A DNA stretch of 64,000 bases from a virus, in IMG/VR virus record IMGVR_UViG_3300031949_000022, positions 1 to 64,000 of that record. The stretch is one strand, 5' to 3'. Both the position numbers and the translations under genes were made by a program. The notes under the pieces were generated by a model. The model searched no databases. It had not been told where the DNA came from and saw nothing but the letters and a program-made list of their open reading frames with translations. Below are positions 25,083-33,543 of this stretch, in pieces. How positions within the stretch are numbered: position 1 is the stretch's first letter; each line of letters starts with the position of its first letter.

Positions 25083-26401
25083 TGTGCCTTCTCGGCGTAT
25101 TCGAGACGGAACTCGAATGGACGACGCTGGTCCACTGGCCCATCGAAGCGGATGACGCCGTCATGGCACAGGCTGACGCTGGTACCGTGCCAGTGGTACC
25201 AGGCCACGCTCTTGCCTGCGCGCATTGCATCAAGCGCCTGATCCCACGTCATCGCCTTCGGTGGCTCGGGGTCGGGCCATCCGCAGGCGGCTCGCTGCTC
25301 TGGAGTGAGGGCCGAGAGACACCTCCCGATTGGGAGCACACCGATAGGCATTCTGGCTCGATAGAATTCTGCCACCGTCCGCATCGCATCCCGCAGGACG
25401 TCGAGCTCAGCCTTCGCCTTTTTGAACTCCTCCGACATCTTTTTCGCAGCGTCCCTCTCTCCTCTGAGCACGGCTCGCAAGTTCTCCACTTTGCTTTCGG
25501 CCACCCCGACCCGGAGATTGAGCCGGTCGCGCTCTTCTCGCAAGATGTCGCGCTCTACAGCCGCTCGTTGATGCGCGACCCGCTCCCTCCTTAGATCATC
25601 CGCTGTCCGCTGGTGGTCGTCCCGCTCGAGGTCGTACATCCTGCGGCCAGGATCTTTCTGAAGATCTTTCTGAAGCCGCTCACACTCCGCTATCAGCTTG
25701 TCGCGTTCCGCCCGCAGCGCAACGATCTCGAGATTCTGACCATTCACAAGAACCTTGGTGAAGCCATTCACAGCCTTGGCCTGTGTGAACGATTCCGACA
25801 TTCCCACTAGAGCGTCCCGCTCCGCCTGCGCCTCGAGTAGTTGTTTCTCGCCGTCCTTGGCGTAGTCCCTCAACTCCCTGACAGCCCAGTCGTACAGGAT
25901 GGGAGGGGACAGATACGGATACAGAACTCGCCACCCGCTGGCAAACAACTCGTCGGCTCGACTCATAGACTTCGCGGTCTGCTTGTCGCTATCCTCAGGT
26001 TCGTCCACTCGACTGAGCGCGCGAGTGAGCCGCTCACAGTCAGCACGCAGGGCGTCCCGCTCGGCCTCTACAGACGCCAGCCTTAGGCCAGCATCGACCG
26101 CACTGGCGGACCCAGTCTCTAACTTCCATTTTGCCACCTCCGCGAACAAATCCTCGCGCTCGGCGGCTAGAGCTTTGTTCTGTCTGAGCCACCCAGCCTG
26201 CTCTAGTCCTTGATTGTGTGTCTGGTGAGCCAGCTGGTCTTTCAGCTCTTCATGTTCCTTTCGCCAAGCGTGCCGCCGGAGCTCGGCCATTGCATCCTCC
26301 CACTTGACGACGCTCCCGGTCTCGGACTCGCGAAGGCGCACTGTCGCGTGAACAACACCGTGCTGACTCGGCCATTCGATTTCTGGATCGTATCGCTTCA
26401 T
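25040..26401 (-). CDS. long coiled-coil protein with C-terminal DUF2829 (MW)-like domain
   Basis: 453 aa, repeated ERDAL/ERDKL coiled-coil segments; C-terminus MTWDQALDAMRAGKSVAWYHW...EYAEKAHWRVVE resembles the DUF2829 pattern (f.eAl.alk.GkkvrR..W ... DW.vv). Confidence 0.6.
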   Translation of the reverse strand: MKRYDPEIEWPSQHGVVHATVRLRESETGSVVKWEDAMAELRRHAWRKEHEELKDQLAHQTHNQGLEQAGWLRQNKALAAEREDLFAEVAKWKLETGSASAVDAGLRLASVEAERDALRADCERLTRALSRVDEPEDSDKQTAKSMSRADELFASGWRVLYPYLSPPILYDWAVRELRDYAKDGEKQLLEAQAERDALVGMSESFTQAKAVNGFTKVLVNGQNLEIVALRAERDKLIAECERLQKDLQKDPGRRMYDLERDDHQRTADDLRRERVAHQRAAVERDILREERDRLNLRVGVAESKVENLRAVLRGERDAAKKMSEEFKKAKAELDVLRDAMRTVAEFYRARMPIGVLPIGRCLSALTPEQRAACGWPDPEPPKAMTWDQALDAMRAGKSVAWYHWHGTSVSLCHDGVIRFDGPVDQRRPFEFRLEYAEKAHWRVVEPACAEVVP

Positions 26402-26431
26402 GGTCTCACCTCCGGTGGTTCGTGTCGTCGG

Positions 26432-26611
26432 TCATGGTTCAGGCTGTTTTCTTGTCAGCGTGACGGTGGCCCTAAGCACTTCGGTCATGTCTGGCGTTCC
26501 GGTGAACTCGACTTGCACGTGCCAGAACCCCTTGTTGTTGCGCTTCCTCTTCTGCAGCACGTAGTACGCGAGGGCTTCCTGGATCTGGCTCTTCGTCAGC
26601 TTGACCTTCAT
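26432..26611 (-). CDS. hypothetical 59-aa basic protein
   Basis: Not in ORF track; CCGGAGGTATCCATG context identical to the RBS context of ORF 26894..27205; MKVKLTKSQIQEALAYYVLQKRKRNNKGFWHVQVEF.. Confidence 0.5.
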   Translation of the reverse strand: MKVKLTKSQIQEALAYYVLQKRKRNNKGFWHVQVEFTGTPDMTEVLRATVTLTRKQPEP

Positions 26612-26630
26612 GGATACCTCCGGTCGAAGT

Positions 26631-26897
26631 CTATGCCCTGCGTCTCGAATTCAACCTGACTGTGCCGTAGCCGTAGCCGTCGCCGTCGCCGTAGCCGTCG
26701 CCGCAGCCGTAGCCGTCGCCGCAGCCGGAGCCGTCGCCGCAGCCGGAGCCGTAGCCGCAGCCGGAGCCGTCGCCGCAGCCGTAGCCGTAGCCGTCGCCGC
26801 AGCCGGAGCCGTAGCCGGAGCCGTAGCCGTCGCCGTAGCCGGAGCCGGAGCCGTCGCCGCAGCCGGAGCCGTAGCCGGAGCCTACGGGGAGCATCAT
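26631..26897 (-). CDS. 88-aa Gly-X dipeptide repeat protein (X = Tyr/Ser/Asp/Cys)
   Basis: ATG 26897 overlaps upstream stop (ATGA); MMLPV-(GX)36-GTVRLNSRRRA; the N-terminal part of the 156-aa track ORF overlaps the upstream gene and is discounted. Confidence 0.6.
   Translation of the reverse strand: MMLPVGSGYGSGCGDGSGSGYGDGYGSGYGSGCGDGYGYGCGDGSGCGYGSGCGDGSGCGDGYGCGDGYGDGDGYGYGTVRLNSRRRA
26667..26882. repeat. imperfect hexanucleotide array (GCCGNN)n, about 36 units
   Basis: Plus strand reads GCCGTA/GCCGTC/GCCGCA/GCCGGA units with recurring GCAGCCGGAGCCGTCGCC blocks. Confidence 0.9.
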
Positions 26898-27205
26898 TTC
26901 AGCCCCCACTGTTCCGGGACAGGAATCGTGAAGATCTCTGCCCCGTCGGGAATGTCCACGTCTGAGATAGGCCTGATATCCGCTTGCGATGGATCTTCGA
27001 TGACCGTCGAAAAACCGACTGACTTCCATCCGAAGATCCACACTGCGCGAGACAGATAGATGCGCCCATCCTTGCGAATGACGTCGCCAGCGAAGAGCCA
27101 TCCTCGGTCCACGACCACTACAGCCCTGTTTCCGTTGAGCTTGCTGCGGGTGTACTCAATGCCGTCAACTGTGATGTTTTCTTTCATGGTGTTTTCTCCT
27201 GTCAT
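26894..27205 (-). CDS. hypothetical 103-aa protein
   Basis: Start moved to ATG 27205 (GGGAGGTATCCATG; ATGA overlap with upstream stop); MTGENTMKENITVDGIEYTRSK.. Confidence 0.55.
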   Translation of the reverse strand: MTGENTMKENITVDGIEYTRSKLNGNRAVVVVDRGWLFAGDVIRKDGRIYLSRAVWIFGWKSVGFSTVIEDPSQADIRPISDVDIPDGAEIFTIPVPEQWGLK

Positions 27206-27429
27206 GGATACCTCCCGTCGATCGCATCGTTGTCCACGTCCTGGTAGTTCGGCGGGGCGTCGATGCTTTGGCCAGACTCTCCCATCGGCCTCCGGAGCCT
27301 CTCCCGCTCCCGAACGTTTCGCGTGATCTTCACAGCAGCCGGCCTCAAGATCGGATCGAGCCTCAGGATCGCCAAGCGGTCCGGTCCCTGGATGTCGTCC
27401 GGGATCTCGTAGTCGCTGCCACCAGCCAT
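27202..27429 (-). CDS. hypothetical 75-aa protein
   Basis: ATG 27429 shares 1 nt with stop of the DnaC-like gene (TGATG). Confidence 0.5.
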   Translation of the reverse strand: MAGGSDYEIPDDIQGPDRLAILRLDPILRPAAVKITRNVRERERLRRPMGESGQSIDAPPNYQDVDNDAIDGRYP

Positions 27430-28505
27430 CAACGCACCTCCACCACTGGCCCACGCTTCCCTCGGCACTCAACGAACCGGCGCACGGTGGCGTCGCCGTA
27501 TTCCGCGTCGATCGCTTCGAGCGTCCACCCCGTCGTGATCATCGTCGGCATTCCGTAGTTGTAGCGGTGACGAATCAGAGCACGCAGTGCGGGTCTGCCG
27601 ACGGCTGGTTCCCAGCCCAGGTCATCGAGCGCAACCCAACGTGCGCGCTTCGCGCGGTAGAGTGCGTTGCCGGTCTCGCTTACCCAGTCTCCGTGGCGTT
27701 CCGGTCGCGTCCCCTCGTCGGCCAGGCCATAGGCGATGCAGCCGGCAATGTCCTCCGCTGACACGAAGAGCAACCCCTTGAGCCGCGGGCGCGACACACA
27801 GTGTTGTGAGCGCGCCTGCTTGTCCGCCTGCTCAAGGGCCTCACGTTGGAACGACTGGTACATGATCTCGACGATCGCAAGCGATTTTCCCGTGCCGGTA
27901 TTGCCAGCGAGCACTCCGCCAATCGACACGTCTGCTGACTCGGCCACCGCGCGCAGTCGCGGGTCCATGAGACGCAACCGTTCTTCGCTCGACAGGTCCG
28001 CTGCCGGAGGCAGCGCCTCGCACGCCGAGCGCGTCGCGCGAACGACGGCTTCGTGGAGCTGCACATCCACCAGTGCTCGACGCTCAGCGACCAGTGCTCG
28101 CCAGTTCGTTGAGCGGAGGGCTTCAACCGTCTCACCGCAGAACTGCATATACGACCGCGTGCGATCGGGGCCCCAGTAGACATCGTCACTCGGGCTACCC
28201 GCGACCCAGTCTCTGACTTTGGCCCAGACATTCGACCGGCCGAGCTCGTAGAGCAGGTCCTGCTCAGGCCAGCCGGAGTCAGCTTGCAGACGCCCGAGGA
28301 TCTCCTGGGCCTGCTGGCTTCGATCGGCGGCTTCCATGCGCGCCGCATCCGCTGCGACCGATGCCTCACGCGCTCTCTGCTCGATATCGTCTGCGCGCTG
28401 TGCGCGTTCGCTGGCCACTGTTTCGCGGCGCTCGCGTTGTTCGAGCGTGAGGAGTTTGTCGAGCTCGAGAATTTCTTGTTCCAGGTTGGGCAACTGGTGA
28501 CTCAT
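27429..28505 (-). CDS. AAA+ ATPase, DnaC/IstB-like helicase loader
   Basis: Walker A GNTGTGKS, Walker B RWVALDDLG; follows replication initiator gene. Confidence 0.75.
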   Translation of the reverse strand: MSHQLPNLEQEILELDKLLTLEQRERRETVASERAQRADDIEQRAREASVAADAARMEAADRSQQAQEILGRLQADSGWPEQDLLYELGRSNVWAKVRDWVAGSPSDDVYWGPDRTRSYMQFCGETVEALRSTNWRALVAERRALVDVQLHEAVVRATRSACEALPPAADLSSEERLRLMDPRLRAVAESADVSIGGVLAGNTGTGKSLAIVEIMYQSFQREALEQADKQARSQHCVSRPRLKGLLFVSAEDIAGCIAYGLADEGTRPERHGDWVSETGNALYRAKRARWVALDDLGWEPAVGRPALRALIRHRYNYGMPTMITTGWTLEAIDAEYGDATVRRFVECRGKRGPVVEVR

Positions 28506-29527
28506 TTCGTCTCTGTGCCTGTCGGTGGTGGGGGTTGTTGTTTCTTCATCTCGGCGAGCAGACGGGCGGTGTAGCCGCTGCTAGGCTGGGCCGGACCTCG
28601 ACCGCTGCCAGGGCGGGCGTTCGGGCTCGAAGCCGGCGAGGTACACTTCTGCGGGTCGGTCGCGATGGTGCGTATCGTGGCTTTGTCGCGCCACCAGCTC
28701 CCGGGTGCGTAGACCTTCCGGATGATGCCGACGGCTCGTGTCGCGTCGCCGGCGCACTTGTCGATCAACCGGTGGATCGCTCGCCCGTCGGCGGAGTCAA
28801 ACAGGGGCTTCTCGCCACGGGCTGACTCGAACGCTTCGAAGTATGCGTTGCGGACTGCCAAGAACCCGGTCGTCTCCTCGGTTGGCGACTTGGGTGTCTT
28901 CTGGGTCTTCGGCTTCCCACCACTCTTGGGGGTCGGCGTTTTGGTCTTCGGTCCGGTTTTCGACTTCGAAGCTTCTGGTGACTCGAGTCGAAAATCATCG
29001 CCCCCTGGACTCGCGTCGCTCGTCGACGCGCTAATGCCTACTTCAATGCCTACTTCATGCCTACTTCCGAGCGTTTTTGGCAGCAACTCGGCTGGATTTC
29101 TGATCGCCGTGTCACCGGTCCCTGTCGTAGATGTCACCGGTCCCTGGACACCATGGCACCGGTCACGTGGTGGAACCGGTGACATGGTGGCACCGGTCAC
29201 GTGGTGGAACCGGTGACATGGTGGCACCGGTAACCCGTGACACGATGTCACCAGTGCCGAGACATCGAATTGCCAAGCTAGGCCGTTCTTGGTCGCCGGG
29301 TCGGGGAGAACGCCCGTCTCGACCAACGCCGACACCACGCGTTTCACGGTGCGAGTGCTGAGACCAGTCAACGTCGCCAGTCTCGAGGCCCCGGGCTTGG
29401 GCTTCGGGTAGCGGGTCGACCAGTGGTCGAGAATCGCCAGCAGCACCAGCTTTTCACTGGGCTGAAGAGAGGCCTCAAGTACGGCGCGGCGCGCCGCTCG
29501 TGGAGAGAATTCGGTCACAGACCGCAC
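28502..29527 (-). CDS. replication initiator-like protein with N-terminal winged-helix domain
   Basis: N-terminus EKLVLLAILDHWS..ASRLATLTGLSTRTVKRVVSALVETGVL (wHTH), Lys/Pro/Thr-rich linker, C-terminal domain; contains the ACCGGT repeat array; upstream of loader. Confidence 0.6.
   Translation of the reverse strand: MRSVTEFSPRAARRAVLEASLQPSEKLVLLAILDHWSTRYPKPKPGASRLATLTGLSTRTVKRVVSALVETGVLPDPATKNGLAWQFDVSALVTSCHGLPVPPCHRFHHVTGATMSPVPPRDRCHGVQGPVTSTTGTGDTAIRNPAELLPKTLGSRHEVGIEVGISASTSDASPGGDDFRLESPEASKSKTGPKTKTPTPKSGGKPKTQKTPKSPTEETTGFLAVRNAYFEAFESARGEKPLFDSADGRAIHRLIDKCAGDATRAVGIIRKVYAPGSWWRDKATIRTIATDPQKCTSPASSPNARPGSGRGPAQPSSGYTARLLAEMKKQQPPPPTGTETK
29111..29255. repeat. iteron-like array: 7 ACCGGT cores (plus 1 degenerate) inside the initiator gene; candidate origin
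   Basis: ACCGGT at 29114, 29136, 29158, 29175, 29192, 29209, 29226 (spacing 22,22,17,17,17,17); GTCACCGGTCCCTG x2 and a ~34-bp unit CATGGTGGCACCGGTCACGTGGTGGAACCGGTGA x2.7. Confidence 0.55.
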
Positions 29528-30018
29528 ACCTCCACGTCGCGCAACAACTCAGCCTCTGCCGCCTCGCCACCCGGCCACTCAGGCGAACATGGATCCGGCG
29601 CCGAGCTCGAATTGCTACGACTCTCGAGTAGTAGCTCTCGGCATGCCCCATCCCACTTTCGGTGAAAGGCATGCAGCACGGTCGTGTGGTCCAGCCCAAA
29701 GGCCCTGCCGGTCTCGTTCGAGCTCCAGCCGTACTTCGCTCGGCAGATGGCAATGGCCAGGGCCCGAGCGCGCGCCACGGAACGGTGCTTGTCCCTGCTG
29801 AGCACAGACTCGGGCGGGACTCCGAAAATCTCGCTTGCAGCCAGAATGGCTGGCAGGATGGCGCTCAGCATTCTCGGGTCGCGCGGGGCTGGACGCTTCG
29901 CAGCCTGGAGCTTAGTCGCCCCCCGACGCCGAGCCCCAAGCCTGCCTGGAGGAACGTACAGCGGCAGGCTCTCGACCCTCGGAAGTCCCTGCCACGCGTT
30001 GACAGCTCTAGCGACCAT
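29515..30018 (-). CDS. DnaA domain IV-like helix-turn-helix protein
   Basis: SRDKHRSVARARALAIAICRAKYGWSSNETGRAFGLDHTTVLHAFHRK matches the DnaA C-terminal DNA-binding domain pattern. Confidence 0.65.
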   Translation of the reverse strand: MVARAVNAWQGLPRVESLPLYVPPGRLGARRRGATKLQAAKRPAPRDPRMLSAILPAILAASEIFGVPPESVLSRDKHRSVARARALAIAICRAKYGWSSNETGRAFGLDHTTVLHAFHRKWDGACRELLLESRSNSSSAPDPCSPEWPGGEAAEAELLRDVEVCGL

Positions 30019-30331
30019 CAGAACACCAAGCCTTCACGACTACCAGAGCCTCTCGAATCGACCTCACTGTGCGCACACGAATCCCTTTCTCAGCGGCCTT
30101 GCAGTGCCAGACCCACTGCGCCGGGCTCAGCTTCCCGCGATCGGTTTTCACCTCGAGAAAACCGTAGGGAACTAGTACCAGGATATCGGGCGTCCCGGCG
30201 GGAGCCATCTTGATGACTCGCTTCGATGGACCCTCGCCGAGCACCGTGGTTCCGCTGTTGAGCCTCATCGCCCAGAACCCTGAGGCCGTGAGAGCCTCGA
30301 GGATCCCGCGCTGGAGAGCAGCTTCGCTCAC
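30008..30331 (-). CDS. VRR-NUC domain nuclease
   Basis: GTPDILVLVPYGFLEVKTDRGKLSPAQWVWH (PD..E.K); start moved to GTG 30331 (GTGA overlap with upstream stop). Confidence 0.75.
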   Translation of the reverse strand: MSEAALQRGILEALTASGFWAMRLNSGTTVLGEGPSKRVIKMAPAGTPDILVLVPYGFLEVKTDRGKLSPAQWVWHCKAAEKGIRVRTVRSIREALVVVKAWCSDGR

Positions 30332-30615
30332 GGCTTCCTTCGCATCTCTCTCCGGATCACACGGAGCTTTGCGACAGCGCCTTCGGTCGTCAGGCAATCA
30401 CCGAGGAGGAAATCCATCGTGTCCGCGAGCTCAGCCAGATAGAAGCGCTGCGTTTGCGTGGGCTCCCCGTACCGCGCCGCGTGCGCGGCTTCGGACCACT
30501 TCTCGTCGTTCAGGTCAGGGAATTGCCAGCGCGTCTCGCCTTCGCCGAAAATCAGATGTCCATGCTCTCTGCGGTTGAGTTCGTCTTCACGAAGTGTCTT
30601 CACTTCCACCTCCAC
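30328..30615 (-). CDS. hypothetical protein (95 aa)
   Basis: ORF in operon. Confidence 0.5.
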   Translation of the reverse strand: MEVEVKTLREDELNRREHGHLIFGEGETRWQFPDLNDEKWSEAAHAARYGEPTQTQRFYLAELADTMDFLLGDCLTTEGAVAKLRVIRREMRRKP

Positions 30616-30643
30616 GTCCCGAGCCCGACCATGCCGAATCGGA

Positions 30644-32122
30644 TCATCCGAACAGGCTCCTCTGCTTGGGCTCGGACTTCTTGTCCGTGGTCTCTGGTGG
30701 CTTCCACGACGCGGCGTGGTGGATGCGGGCTCGTGCGATCGTCACATACGGTGCGTAGTCGTCGGACTCCACGTCCGTCATGTCGTGCATCTCGATCCCG
30801 ATGAAGCGGAAGTTTTCGAGAATACACGCGACACCCGTCGTGCCGCTGCCACAGAAAGGGTCGAGGCAGAGGCCAGACGGTGGGGTAACGAGTCTGGCAA
30901 GCCATCGCATCAACTCGACTGGCTTGACGGTGCTGTGGACATTGCGAGCGCCACCGCTTCGCCCCGCTCCGGAGCGCGGGCAGGCCAGTGCAGCAGAGCC
31001 ATCCTTCCGCTTCGTGGCCTTTCCGCGACTCACCTTTGGCAGGTGTGAGCAGCCCAGTTCGCGCTCGCGGCGTGACGGCTTGGCCTGGTACAAGAAGGGA
31101 GGGAAGTCGTCGAGCGGGTGGGGGCGAAACTGGTTGAAGAAGCGGGAAGCAAAACCAGCGTCCGTGTGACCACCACGTGGCCTGTCCGCGTTGGCTTCGC
31201 CCCAGGACATTGGATTCCCATTGCATCCGGAAAAGCCACCAGAACTACTGGACGAGTGCCCACCCTGCCCATCGACCTCCCGGCACGGACACCCAGCCAC
31301 GCACCGATCACCGCACTCAGCGTCGTGGCTCAAAACCAGGTTCGCCGGCCACCTCCCAGCAGGGTGGCACTGGATTCCGATTCCCGGCGGCGCCGCGATC
31401 TTGTCGGCCTCTGGCTTGGCGCTGTGCCCGCTTGCATGCCACGACGGTGGACGCTCGGTCCAGTCGGTGGAGACCCGGCAGGAGTCCACATTGAGACATC
31501 CGCAGCCGTGAGTCAGCACGTTGTCGACCAGAGTACCCTTGAACGGTTTGCGTGCGAGCCACCAGAACTCAGCGCTCGGTTTCAGCCCCGTACCGAATCC
31601 GTCCCACCGCTTCGCCTCTTCGCATCCACCGGACCCCACCGAGTATGTCCCGCCCTTCTCTGCCGTCGGAGTACCCGCATTGCCGCCGGCCGTGTACGTG
31701 TGCAGGACTACACGCTGGTCCGTCGTACCGTTCCTCTGGTCAATCCCCTTGGAAACATTGAAACTTTTTGGCATCCCGCTTCCAAAAAGGTGAGCCACGA
31801 CGTCGCGAATATCGAACCCCGCACGCTCGAGTGCTGTTCCTGTCCAATGCGACGTTCTTGGAAGAGACCAGACCAAGGCGTGGCCACCCGGCTTGAGTAC
31901 GCGCAGACACTCCGCCATGATCTGTGTCAACCATGTCACCCAATGCGCACGTCCACCCTTGTCCGAATCCCAAGAACTCTGCATGAAGGAAATTCCCGCA
32001 GGTGGATCCGTAACGACCGAGTCCACCGAGCAGTCCGGCATCTCCCGCAGAGCGGCCAGCGCCTCGGAGTGCACCACGCACCACCGCTCCCTGCCCTCGA
32101 GGACGTCGGATAGGTCGGTCAT
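30644..32122 (-). CDS. orphan DNA methyltransferase (N6-adenine/N4-cytosine, beta class)
   Basis: Motif IV VVTDPPAG near the N-terminus, C-terminal HSTVKPVELMRWLARLVTPPSGLCLDPFCGSGTTGVA; ATG 32122 in ATGA overlap; no cognate nuclease seen. Confidence 0.85.
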   Translation of the reverse strand: MTDLSDVLEGRERWCVVHSEALAALREMPDCSVDSVVTDPPAGISFMQSSWDSDKGGRAHWVTWLTQIMAECLRVLKPGGHALVWSLPRTSHWTGTALERAGFDIRDVVAHLFGSGMPKSFNVSKGIDQRNGTTDQRVVLHTYTAGGNAGTPTAEKGGTYSVGSGGCEEAKRWDGFGTGLKPSAEFWWLARKPFKGTLVDNVLTHGCGCLNVDSCRVSTDWTERPPSWHASGHSAKPEADKIAAPPGIGIQCHPAGRWPANLVLSHDAECGDRCVAGCPCREVDGQGGHSSSSSGGFSGCNGNPMSWGEANADRPRGGHTDAGFASRFFNQFRPHPLDDFPPFLYQAKPSRRERELGCSHLPKVSRGKATKRKDGSAALACPRSGAGRSGGARNVHSTVKPVELMRWLARLVTPPSGLCLDPFCGSGTTGVACILENFRFIGIEMHDMTDVESDDYAPYVTIARARIHHAASWKPPETTDKKSEPKQRSLFG

Positions 32123-32439
32123 TCCGTCCCCGTCAGCGCCCTGATCGCTGCCTCGAGCTGGTCCGCCGTGTAGTTGGCGCCAGGCTGGCAAAGCGATCGG
32201 AGCTTTCCAAGCGCGAGGTATTGACGCCGCTCTTCCTGAAGCTTCTCGGTATCGTGTTCAAGGAATTGTCTGCTGTACGATTCTCTAGGGTACGTGTTCC
32301 CGGACAGGGTCCACTTGGTTCCGTCGTCGAGCTCGAGCCAGCGTTTCAGGATGCGCTTCACCTTGCGTGGTGCCCCAGGGCTCCACCCTCCGATCACGAC
32401 GACCACGTCACCGACTGCAAACGGTTTGGATTCGATCAT
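32119..32439 (-). CDS. hypothetical 106-aa protein
   Basis: Start moved to ATG 32439 (GGAGG upstream, ATGA overlap). Confidence 0.55.
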   Translation of the reverse strand: MIESKPFAVGDVVVVIGGWSPGAPRKVKRILKRWLELDDGTKWTLSGNTYPRESYSRQFLEHDTEKLQEERRQYLALGKLRSLCQPGANYTADQLEAAIRALTGTE

Positions 32440-32738
32440 ACGTCCTCCGGCCAGAGCCGCGTAGGCTTCCCGTCGCGCCCATGCTCGACCCGAATTCCGG
32501 CCTTCCCGAGTCGGTTCAGCCCGCTTCGGATTTGGTTTTGGATCGTCGCCACCGGGTTGGTCCAGGAGCATCGGCCAGCGAGCAGTGGGGCGAGCTCCTT
32601 CAGCGCGAGGCCCGGGCGCTCGGCCACGACCTGGGCCAGGATCGCGATGTCTACCTGGGCCTTGCGGATGTAGCGTCGGCAGGTCTGGCGCGCTTGGCGG
32701 TTGGATGCCGCGGTGGGGTTGCCTGCGTAGTTGTTCAA
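32436..32738 (-). CDS. small winged-helix-like DNA-binding protein candidate
   Basis: 100 aa; AILAQVVAERPGLALKELAPLL..; weak. Confidence 0.45.
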   Translation of the reverse strand: MNNYAGNPTAASNRQARQTCRRYIRKAQVDIAILAQVVAERPGLALKELAPLLAGRCSWTNPVATIQNQIRSGLNRLGKAGIRVEHGRDGKPTRLWPEDV

Positions 32739-33058
32739 CGCTTCGCCTCCGGGTCGATGCCGCAGGCTCGTAGAATCTCTGGCGTCAGCGCATCGATGGT
32801 GGAATGGAGGTGATACAGGTTGTCAGTCGAGTCCACTTCGCTGAACGCAACCTCGGCTTGAATCACCGCTTTGATCTCGTCCGGGATTCGGGGCCCGTGG
32901 AGCTTGTCCCATGCGGCCCATGCGGCCTCAACACTGGTACGTATCGGTCCCGTGACGCACCCGCCGTGGGCGCACGATACACGGCAAACTCCACTGGGCC
33001 AGCTGAGGAGTTCCGAGCCGCTGCCGCACACCGAACACTTGGCGTGGTCAGGCATCAT
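32735..33058 (-). CDS. Lar-like (restriction alleviation family) zinc-ribbon protein, paralogue of 36245..36592
   Basis: Start moved to ATG 33058 (GGAGG, ATGA overlap); CSVCGSGS..C..SC..GGC....EAAWAAWDK fits the Lar pattern C.FCG....C..C...eAi.aWN; shared C-terminal IDALTP motif. Confidence 0.55.
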   Translation of the reverse strand: MMPDHAKCSVCGSGSELLSWPSGVCRVSCAHGGCVTGPIRTSVEAAWAAWDKLHGPRIPDEIKAVIQAEVAFSEVDSTDNLYHLHSTIDALTPEILRACGIDPEAKR

Positions 33059-33543
33059 ATCCGTCCTCCGATCCTCTCCATGAGCGCGACCCTGCGCCGC
33101 GCCCATGCGGCGGTGCACCTTGGAATGCCACCTGCCTGACTGGCGAATCCCCCAGCGTCTGTCTTGCAGCGAGCCACTCCGTAGCGCCAATTGCGGAGCG
33201 CGCATTGAGCCCCGGCATCGAGACGAGCACCTAGCGTCGTGGCATCCCATGCGTCACGGCAGTGCCCGTGCACCTGCCAGGGGCCCCGGGCGCGGCCCTC
33301 GTCGCACTGAACCCCCTCGGGCATGTCCTGACACCTCTCCTCGAGGACGGCCCGGGCGAGCTTCGTCTCCGCGTACGCCTGGGCCGCCAGGAACCGACGC
33401 TCGCGTGGGTCCTTCGTTGCCCTGCAGATGGCCTGGGCCACCGGCAGGCGGAGCGCGTCACGGGACTCCGGGGTCTCTTCGCGGTCCTGGTACCAGGTCG
33501 GCAGGAGAGCCCAGGCTGCGAGGATGAGGAGGGGGCAGGTCAT
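33055..33543 (-). CDS. secreted Cys-rich protein, function unknown
   Basis: N-terminal signal-like MTCPLLILAAWALLPTW; 6+ Cys. Confidence 0.5.
   Translation of the reverse strand: MTCPLLILAAWALLPTWYQDREETPESRDALRLPVAQAICRATKDPRERRFLAAQAYAETKLARAVLEERCQDMPEGVQCDEGRARGPWQVHGHCRDAWDATTLGARLDAGAQCALRNWRYGVARCKTDAGGFASQAGGIPRCTAAWARRRVALMERIGGRI

Noticed and set aside
26667-26882. Possible CRISPR array or other spacer-repeat structure
   Set aside because: The units are 6 nt with no unique spacers, so this is a coding microsatellite-like array, not CRISPR.
26601-27059. Plus-strand 152-aa ORF encoding an (Ala/Val)n tract across the hexanucleotide array
   Set aside because: It is the mirror frame of the Gly-X ORF. 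It lacks an RBS and operon context, while the minus-strand frame is ATGA-coupled to its neighbour. Kept only as the alternative to be excluded experimentally.
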